A DNA stretch of 64,000 nt from Dehalococcoidia bacterium. GTDB lineage: Bacteria > Chloroflexota > Dehalococcoidia > GIF9 > UBA5629. The stretch spans positions 1,462 through 65,461 of the forward strand of contig DUEX01000002.1 in NCBI GenBank assembly GCA_011170325.1. Direction: 5' to 3'. Positions 57,642 through 64,000 of the stretch are shown here, piece by piece. Under the pieces are notes generated by a model. It had not been told where the DNA came from. It worked only from the letters and a program-made list of their open reading frames with translations, and made no database searches. The position numbers and the translations under genes were made by a program. The stretch's first letter is position 1, and each line of letters opens with the position of its first letter.

Positions 57642-57670
57642 TTGACACCTATGCGGTGGGCTGATAAAAT
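57642..57670 (+). promoter_or_regulatory. Sigma70-like promoter of the acsE/cdh operon: TTGACA-17-TAAAAT.
   Basis: TTGACA 57642-57647, 17-nt spacer, TAAAAT 57665-57670. ~40 nt before the acsE start, with an AAGGGGGA RBS. Confidence 0.55.
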
Positions 57671-57708
57671 GTTTTTTGGTTTGGCTCAATTAGGATAAAG
57701 GGGGATAA

Positions 57709-58587
57709 ATGGTTCTAATTGGTGAAAGCATTCACATCATTTCTAAGCAGGTGAGCGACGCTGTAAGGGATCAAAATCCGAAGGTAATTCAGGATTTGGC
57801 TATAGCTCAGGCTGAAGCTGGGGCTGACTATATAGACTTAAATCTTGGCCCGGCGAGAAAGAACCCGGAAGAGGTAACGCAGTGGCTGGTTAATACGATT
57901 CAAGAGGTCACTGATGTACCGCTGTCGATTGATACCTTGAACCCCGTAGCTATGGAAGCGGGTCTTAAAGCGTGCAAGAAAAGACCTTTGCTTAACTCCT
58001 CCTCAGGGAGGACCGACAGCAAGGACCAAATGCTACCTTTGGCCAAGAAATACTCTACTGATGTAGTCATCTCGGTGCTGACTGATAAAGGTTGTCCCCC
58101 TGACGTCGACTCGAGGACAGAGAGCATTATGGAGACAGTTGCCTATGCCAATGAGCTTGGCATTCCCAATGAGGATATCTGGGTTGACCCTATTATCTTA
58201 CCTGTCAGCGCTGACCAGAAACAGGTTGCTGAGGCTGCGGAATTCATAAAGATACTATCTGACCTCCTGCCTGGCGTTAAATCAACAGTAGGGCTGTCAA
58301 ATGTGTCCAACGGGACACCTGATGAGCTTAGAGGTATCCTTAATCGTACCTATATGGTAATGCTGGGGAGAAACGGACTATATTCGGCAATTGCCGATGT
58401 CCTGGACAAGGAGCTTATAAGCTTGAATAAAGGTAAACTGCCTAACGTTGTCGACCTTATTTATAAGACGATGGATGGAGAGACTGTAGATATAGCTTCC
58501 TTGTCACAAAAAGAACAGGATTATGTGAAAACCACCAAAGTGCTCATGGGAGAGACACTTTATTCTCACGCTTGGCTTGAGAGTTAG
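57709..58587 (+). CDS. acsE: Methyltetrahydrofolate:corrinoid/iron-sulfur protein methyltransferase (pterin-binding, AcsE-like).
   Basis: 292 aa. N-terminal LIGESIHIIS (compare LIGERIN of pterin-binding MeTr/AcsE), LDLNLGPA, VGLSNVSNG. Family-level similarity from memory of AcsE. Confidence 0.75.
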   Translation: MVLIGESIHIISKQVSDAVRDQNPKVIQDLAIAQAEAGADYIDLNLGPARKNPEEVTQWLVNTIQEVTDVPLSIDTLNPVAMEAGLKACKKRPLLNSSSGRTDSKDQMLPLAKKYSTDVVISVLTDKGCPPDVDSRTESIMETVAYANELGIPNEDIWVDPIILPVSADQKQVAEAAEFIKILSDLLPGVKSTVGLSNVSNGTPDELRGILNRTYMVMLGRNGLYSAIADVLDKELISLNKGKLPNVVDLIYKTMDGETVDIASLSQKEQDYVKTTKVLMGETLYSHAWLES

Positions 58588-58610
58588 GATTCTCGGTAAA
58601 GGAGTGAACA

Positions 58611-59516
58611 ATGGAATACAAAGCACCTTTGGAGACCTATTCTGGAAAAGTGGGCGAGGTAGTGATTGGAAAGGGAGAAAAAGCTATAAAGATTGGTGGG
58701 GAGAGTGTTCTCCCCTTTCATTTTTTTGAGGGAACAATTGAAAATCGGCCACGGATTGCTTTAGAAGTTTATGATACTGAGCCAGAGGGTTGGGCGGAAT
58801 GGGTACGTGAGCCGTATAAGGATGTTCTTTCAGACCCAGCTGGGTGGGCGAAGAAGTGCTTGGACTTTGGTGCTGACCTTGTCTGTCTCCGCTTGGCGAG
58901 CACCGACCCAGCCGGGGCAAATGCTCCGGCTGACAAGGCTGCCGATATGGTTAAGCAGGTAGTATCAGCTATAAAGGCGCCGGTTATCGTCTGTGGTTCG
59001 GGGGATGAGGCGAAGGATGTTGAGGTGTTGACCAAGGTGGCGGAAGTCTGTGATGGCGATAAGCTCCTGTTAGGTCCGGTGGTCAAGGAGAACTACGAGC
59101 TGATAAGCAAGGCAGCTTTGGACCACGGACATTGCATAATCGCCCAGACCCCACTGGATATAAATTTGGAGAAGGAGTTGAACGTAAAGCTTTTGAAGTC
59201 TTTGCCTCTTGACAGGATAGTCATCGACCCGCTGAGTTCAGCTCTAGGTTATGGCATGGAATACAGCTTCACCATAATGGAGAGAACCAAGCATATCGGG
59301 GTCATGTTTGGAGATGGCACGATGCAGATGCCCATCATTGCTGACCTTGGCGGCGAGTGCTGGAAGACGAAACAGGCTAAAGAAAGCCAGGAGCAGGGTC
59401 TTCTGTGGGAAAGCGTCACTGCTCTCAGCCTTCTCTTGGCTGGAGCTAATATCCTGGTGCTGAGGCATCCTGAAAGCCTCAAGTTGATGAGGGAAGTTGT
59501 TGATGGGAGAATATAA
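58611..59516 (+). CDS. acsD: Corrinoid/iron-sulfur protein small subunit (AcsD / CdhD delta-type).
   Basis: 301 aa. LPFHFFEG, GADLVCLRL, NLLLGP, IIAQTPLDINL, LDRIVIDP, GYGMEYSFTIMER, LLAGANILVLRHPE. Closely tracks the Moorella AcsD pattern. Confidence 0.8.
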   Translation: MEYKAPLETYSGKVGEVVIGKGEKAIKIGGESVLPFHFFEGTIENRPRIALEVYDTEPEGWAEWVREPYKDVLSDPAGWAKKCLDFGADLVCLRLASTDPAGANAPADKAADMVKQVVSAIKAPVIVCGSGDEAKDVEVLTKVAEVCDGDKLLLGPVVKENYELISKAALDHGHCIIAQTPLDINLEKELNVKLLKSLPLDRIVIDPLSSALGYGMEYSFTIMERTKHIGVMFGDGTMQMPIIADLGGECWKTKQAKESQEQGLLWESVTALSLLLAGANILVLRHPESLKLMREVVDGRI

Positions 59517-59580
59517 AATTGATAATGATTCTTAATATGTTGTATAATAGATATGAGTGACCTAGAAGGAGGTAAATCAG

Positions 59581-61887
59581 ATGGCGGTAGTTGAAAAGAA
59601 GAAGCATACGAGGAGGGACGAAGTCAATGAAATCATCAGGGCGGATGATTTGTGGGAACCAGTGGGGCATACACCAATGGCCGAAATCCCAGATTTGAGA
59701 AACTGGGATATGAGGCTGATGAAGCAGTATAAGCCGCTTTATGCGCCTATGTGTGATTTGTGCTGCTTCTGCACCTATGGCAAGTGTGACCTCACTGGCG
59801 ACAAGAGGGGGGCTTGCGGCATTGATATTTCTGCCCAGCAAGCCAGAGTTGTTCTCTTGGCCTGTTGTATGGGCATGTCAGCTCACGGTGGGCACGGCCG
59901 CCACGTGCTTCACTATTTGATTGAGAAATATGGCAGAGATTACCCAATCAATCTGGGAGACCAGGTAGCTGTAGAGGCGCCGCATATAAGGACAGTCCTC
60001 GGACTCAAGCCGGAAACTCTAGGCGACCTGGAAAAAGCTCTTGAGTATGTGGAGAGTCAGCTTATTCATCTCATCTCGTCTCTGCATACTGGTCAGGAGG
60101 GGTCGGCGCTTGACTATGAGTCGAAGGCGCTTCATGCTTCGATGTTGGACCATGTGGGCATGGAGGTTTGCGACATTGCTGAAATCGTGGGCTTCAATTT
60201 CCCAACATCTGTGGCTGATACGCCGCTGGTGGACATGGGCTGGGGGGCCATAGATAAAACAAAGCCAACGATTCTTCTGGTCGGGCATAATCCGGTCACC
60301 GCCGTCCCCATTGTTGACTACATAAACGAACATGGTCTGCAGGACAAAATTGAGGTTGGTGGTATATGCTGCACCGCCTTGGAAGTGACCAGATATAGCG
60401 AGAGAGCCAAGATAGTTGGTCCGCTATCCCGTCAGCTTTACTTTGTTAAGACCGGCTTCGCCGATGTTATCGTTACGGATGAGCAGTGCATCAGGACTGA
60501 TATGCCTCAGCAGGCTGCCGCAGTTGGCTCAGCCCTCATTGCCACCACCGACAAAGCTTCCTACGGGCTTGAGGATATGACTAAGAGAGAGGCTGATGAA
60601 ATAGTTAAGGATATGGTTAAGGGGAAGCAGACATTGATATTTGACCCGGAGAAGGCCGCTGAAGTGGCGGTAAAGGTAGCTTTGGAACTGGCGCCGAAAA
60701 GAAAGAAGGAACTGGTGACACCGGAGCAGGTGCCTGAGCTAGCTAAAGACCATCGGCTGTGCAATATGTGCAGCCAAGTTTGCCCCAATTTGCTGCCGGT
60801 TGGCGATGCCGTGGAAGCAGCTAAAAATGGCAATCTGGAGCCGTTAGCTGAGGTGTTCAGCAAATGTATCGGCTGTGGCAAATGTGAGCAGGAATGCCCC
60901 CGCCATGTGCCCATCTTCAAGATGATGCAGGCTGTAGCCGGAAGTGAAACATGGAAAGTCAGAGCCGGGCGAGGACCGGTTATGGATACCGAGATAAGGA
61001 AGGTTGGGGCGCCACTCGTCCTGGGCACTATACCCGGGATAATCGCCATTGTTGGCTGCTCCAATTTCCCTGAGGAAATCAACGAAGTAGCTGATATAGC
61101 TGAGGAGTTTGCCAAAAGAAAATACATTGTGGTGCTCACTGGTTGCTCAGCTATGACGGCCGGGATGAAGAAGGACAAGGAGGGCAAGACGCTTTATGAG
61201 AAATATCCGCCTGATTTCGATGCTGGCGGTGTTGTTAATATCGGTTCCTGTGTGGCTAATGCCCATATAACTGGCGCTGCCATGAAGGTGGCTAATATCT
61301 TTGCCACCTTACCTCTGAGGGGGAATTACGAGGTCATAGCTGACTACATTTTAAACCGGGTTGGTGCCTGTGGTCTGGCCTGGGGGGCTATGTCTCAGAA
61401 AGCAGCATCTATCGGCACGGGCTGCAACCGTTTGGGAATCCCGGTGGTCTTGGGTCCTCATTCCTCAAAATACAGAAGGCAATACGTAAGCCGCAAGGAG
61501 GAGGATGACTGGACGGTGATGGATGGCAGGGAAAGGAAGCTGGTGGATACTGAAGAGCCGTCGCCGGAGCATCTAGCTTATGTGGTAGAGTCCAAGGAAA
61601 GGGCGATAGTTACTATGGCTAAGTTGTGTATCAGGAAGAACGATACTCCTCAGGGGCGACAGATAAAACTTACCCATTATATTGCTTTGCACAAGCAGTA
61701 TCTGGGGACTTTGCCCGATGACCTTCATATATATGTGAGGAAAACTTCAGATATACCCATCTTCTTTAAGAAAGAAGTGATGGCATACTTGGAGAAAGTC
61801 GGCTGGAAGGAGAAACCAGTTCTGAGCCTGCCTACTCTGGTTGGGACTTATCCATCGGAGGTACCTTTAGACGCCGTTGTTCACTAG
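59581..61887 (+). CDS. cdhA: CO dehydrogenase catalytic subunit, archaeal CdhA (alpha) type with ferredoxin-like insert.
   Basis: 768 aa. N-terminal Cys cluster CDLCCFCTYGKCDL...GACG. Two 4Fe-4S ferredoxin motifs CNMCSQVCP and CIGCGKCEQECP. Conserved C-cluster Cys/His regions (HGGHGRH, GICCT, GSCVANAH). Confidence 0.8.
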   Translation: MAVVEKKKHTRRDEVNEIIRADDLWEPVGHTPMAEIPDLRNWDMRLMKQYKPLYAPMCDLCCFCTYGKCDLTGDKRGACGIDISAQQARVVLLACCMGMSAHGGHGRHVLHYLIEKYGRDYPINLGDQVAVEAPHIRTVLGLKPETLGDLEKALEYVESQLIHLISSLHTGQEGSALDYESKALHASMLDHVGMEVCDIAEIVGFNFPTSVADTPLVDMGWGAIDKTKPTILLVGHNPVTAVPIVDYINEHGLQDKIEVGGICCTALEVTRYSERAKIVGPLSRQLYFVKTGFADVIVTDEQCIRTDMPQQAAAVGSALIATTDKASYGLEDMTKREADEIVKDMVKGKQTLIFDPEKAAEVAVKVALELAPKRKKELVTPEQVPELAKDHRLCNMCSQVCPNLLPVGDAVEAAKNGNLEPLAEVFSKCIGCGKCEQECPRHVPIFKMMQAVAGSETWKVRAGRGPVMDTEIRKVGAPLVLGTIPGIIAIVGCSNFPEEINEVADIAEEFAKRKYIVVLTGCSAMTAGMKKDKEGKTLYEKYPPDFDAGGVVNIGSCVANAHITGAAMKVANIFATLPLRGNYEVIADYILNRVGACGLAWGAMSQKAASIGTGCNRLGIPVVLGPHSSKYRRQYVSRKEEDDWTVMDGRERKLVDTEEPSPEHLAYVVESKERAIVTMAKLCIRKNDTPQGRQIKLTHYIALHKQYLGTLPDDLHIYVRKTSDIPIFFKKEVMAYLEKVGWKEKPVLSLPTLVGTYPSEVPLDAVVH

Positions 61888-61915
61888 GAGTGAGTTGTAA
61901 GGTAGGAGAAACCGC

Positions 61916-62611
61916 ATGCGGGTTTTAATAGCTATACAGGGCTATTACGGTCAGAGAATGGTGGATAATATCAGGCAGCACTGTCCGGCCGACTGGGAGG
62001 TAAGTTCTTACACCTTCCCAGCGGAGTTACCAGCTATTATTGACGACCCTGCTGAACTTCTGCCTCGGGAGTTGCCGGCGGCTGATTTGCTCATATCTCT
62101 TGGTGAGCACCCTGGGGTAGCCCAGATGATTCCGGACATGGTGGAGAGGAGTCGTGCTAAAGCAGTGATCGCTCCGGCGGATAACCGTGCTTGGTTGCCG
62201 CCTGGCTTAGCCAGGCAAATTCAACGGAAGCTGGAATCTGTAGGGGTTGAGATGGTCTATCCAGTTCCCTTTTGTTCTTTAACAGAAAAGGATAGCCAAG
62301 ACCCTTATATTCGTGAGTTTGCTAGGTATTTCGGTAGACCCGAGGTCGATATAGATTTCGATAGAGACAGAATAAAGCAGGTCACTGTTATCAAAGAGGC
62401 TCCCTGTGGTAGCACCCGGTTCGTAGCTGATGGCTTGATTGGTGTCTGGGAAAGGGATGCTGTAGAGAAAGCTGGGCTTTTGCATCACCAGTATCCCTGT
62501 CTGGCAACGATGGTGATGGACCGGGAGTTTGAAGATACCTTGATGCACCGTGCTGGGCTTATGACTAAACTGGCAGTAGAGAGGGCTATCAAAAGCATTA
62601 AAGCAGCTTAA
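61916..62611 (+). CDS. Hypothetical protein inserted between cdhA and cdhB (possibly DUF166/COG1810-like).
   Basis: 231 aa. N-terminal beta-alpha-beta (RVLIAIQGYYGQRMVDNIRQHCP) but no P-loop, so not a CooC/AcsF ATPase. Confidence 0.4.
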   Translation: MRVLIAIQGYYGQRMVDNIRQHCPADWEVSSYTFPAELPAIIDDPAELLPRELPAADLLISLGEHPGVAQMIPDMVERSRAKAVIAPADNRAWLPPGLARQIQRKLESVGVEMVYPVPFCSLTEKDSQDPYIREFARYFGRPEVDIDFDRDRIKQVTVIKEAPCGSTRFVADGLIGVWERDAVEKAGLLHHQYPCLATMVMDREFEDTLMHRAGLMTKLAVERAIKSIKAA

Positions 62612-62629
62612 ACAAGGAGGTTCAATATC

Positions 62630-63181
62630 ATGACTACAACTTTACCATATCATAGGGTTAATGTGTTGACCGGGACTAAGGCGGCTAGAATTATTGAGGA
62701 TGCAGGAGAATATGCTCACCTGATTAAGCGAGCCCGGAGGCCTCTTCTGGTACTTGGGGCGCGAACTCTCACCATGTCTCTGGATGGGAGGCTTCTCATA
62801 GAGTATGCTGCGGACATAGCCAGCGCCATTGGTATTCCAATATGCGCTACTGCCCACACCAAGAAGAAGCTGCTCGAGCTAGGCGTTGAGCCAGCCAGCA
62901 GCTATGACATAACAGAGATAGTCAACCATCTCAAAGACCCGGAGTGGCGGGGAGTCAAAAAGGAAGGCAATCACGATTTGGTGATGTTTCTGGGATTCAG
63001 GACTGATTTTGGTGAGCAGGCTCTGTCGACATTGAAGCATTATGCTCAGCACCTCAAAACTATGACTCTGTGCAAATATTACTATCCTCACGCCAGTTAT
63101 TCCCTTCCTAATCTCAAGGACGAGAAGTGGAAGGAATTCCTGGATAATCTGATAACTAATTTAAAGGAGAAGGAGGCATAA
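62630..63181 (+). CDS. cdhB: CODH/ACS epsilon subunit (CdhB-like).
   Basis: 183 aa. Size and position after cdhA match archaeal cdhB. Rossmann-like N-terminus (RPLLVLGARTL). No direct motif proof. Confidence 0.55.
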   Translation: MTTTLPYHRVNVLTGTKAARIIEDAGEYAHLIKRARRPLLVLGARTLTMSLDGRLLIEYAADIASAIGIPICATAHTKKKLLELGVEPASSYDITEIVNHLKDPEWRGVKKEGNHDLVMFLGFRTDFGEQALSTLKHYAQHLKTMTLCKYYYPHASYSLPNLKDEKWKEFLDNLITNLKEKEA

Positions 63182-63182
63182 A

Positions 63183-64000
63183 ATGGCAGGAATTTTCCCA
63201 GTAGATGTTGGACCCCAATATGAGGGCGAAGTAATCAGAAAAGGCGACATGTATGTCGAGTTTGGCGGGCCAGAAGTAAAAAGCAAGTTTGAGTTGGTAA
63301 CTCTAAAGAGCCCTGATGAAGTTGAGAACGAGAAGATAGAGGTTGTCGGGCCGAACATAGCTGATATGAAGGAAGGGGCGAGTTATCCCATGGCTCTAAT
63401 GATCGATGTTGCCGGTGCTGGGTTAGAGAAGGATATGGAGCCCGTCTTGGAGAGAAGGATACACCTCTATACTAATTACATAGAGGGGCTGTATCATATG
63501 AATCAGAGACAGGATATGTGGCTTAGGTTAAACAAGGACTCCTTTGCTAAGGGGCTTAATTCGCTTGAAGAGATAGGCAAGATACTAATGTTCCTTTATA
63601 CCTCGGAGATAGATATCATCGAGAAGATTTCCATGACTTTTATTACCGATGAGAAGAAGGTAGAAGAGCTTCTGACTGAAGCCATGAAAATCTATAATGA
63701 GAGAGATGAAAAAGCCAGGGGGTTGAAGGAAGAGGATGTAGAGGAGTTTTATAGCTGTGCCTTGTGTCAGAGTTTTGCGCCGACTCATATATGTGCCATA
63801 ACTCCAGAGAGAATTGCCAATTGTGGGGCAATAAACTGGTTTGATGGCAAAGCTGCCTATAAGCTTGACCCAGAGGGGCCAATACAAGAAGTTAAGAAAG
63901 GTGAGCCCATAGACCCGATAAGGGGCGAGTACACAGGGGCTAATCAGCTAGCTGCAGAAAAATCAATGGGAGCTTATACGCGCGTTTATCTCCACAGTGC
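63183..64000 (+). CDS. cdhC: Acetyl-CoA synthase catalytic (beta) subunit CdhC/AcsB, 3'-truncated by the window end.
   Basis: ATG at 63183, 1 nt after the cdhB stop. Translation MAGIFPVDVGPQYEGEV...YSCALCQSFAPTHICAITPERIANCGAINWFDG. Contains the A-cluster Cys region characteristic of ACS. Confidence 0.85.
   Translation, partial: MAGIFPVDVGPQYEGEVIRKGDMYVEFGGPEVKSKFELVTLKSPDEVENEKIEVVGPNIADMKEGASYPMALMIDVAGAGLEKDMEPVLERRIHLYTNYIEGLYHMNQRQDMWLRLNKDSFAKGLNSLEEIGKILMFLYTSEIDIIEKISMTFITDEKKVEELLTEAMKIYNERDEKARGLKEEDVEEFYSCALCQSFAPTHICAITPERIANCGAINWFDGKAAYKLDPEGPIQEVKKGEPIDPIRGEYTGANQLAAEKSMGAYTRVYLHS

Noticed and set aside
61916-62611. Possible CooC/AcsF nickel-insertion ATPase in the cdh operon.
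   Set aside because: No Walker A/P-loop (GxxGxGK[ST]) in the 231-aa sequence.

Overview
This 64-kb window is mostly housekeeping chromosome from an anaerobic bacterium. Gene content and synteny suggest a Chloroflexota / Dehalococcoidia-like organism; that is an inference only.

The window appears to span the replication origin. dnaA is present. The dnaA-obg spacer holds clustered DnaA-box-like 9-mers next to an AT-rich stretch, and gene orientation and G/T strand bias flip around 51-53 kb. It also carries gyrA and gyrB (10 kb apart), ligA, dnaX-ybaB-recR-recO, pnp-rpsO, dapB-asd-dapA, lysC, purA, fmt, pth, eno, gap, archaeal-type apgM, queF, acs, rplY/ctc, nadD, obg, mazG and a tRNA-Pro(CGG).

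The right end (57.7 kb to the window edge) is a Wood-Ljungdahl acetyl-CoA decarbonylase/synthase operon of mixed bacterial/archaeal type: acsE - acsD/cdhD - archaeal-type cdhA - an inserted 231-aa unknown ORF - cdhB(epsilon) - cdhC/acsB (truncated). It is preceded by a divergently transcribed HdrB-like CCG-domain Fe-S protein.

The most unusual sequence-level observation is a ~27-bp element containing the perfect 14-bp palindrome CCTAAATATTTAGG. It occurs twice in inverted orientation flanking the HdrB-like gene. Each copy sits directly upstream of an outward-facing sigma70-like promoter, one for gyrB and one for the cdh operon. It could be a shared operator or a repeated promoter module.

Other less-explained loci are:
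- a 4-gene minus-strand operon (tandem USP - myo-inositol-1-phosphate synthase - GT4 glycosyltransferase - CDP-alcohol phosphatidyltransferase), suggesting inositol-phospholipid or glycolipid synthesis;
- a cluster of multi-zinc-ribbon protein / NfeD / ICMT-family methyltransferase / CxxC membrane protein / BtrH_N-like protein / GyrI-like protein;
- a 6-gene minus-strand operon of hydrolases, a racemase, a C_GCAxxG_C_C redox protein and MarC;
- a sigma factor with an overlapping candidate anti-sigma ORF at the window edge.

No CRISPR array, transposase, integrase or phage gene was seen.
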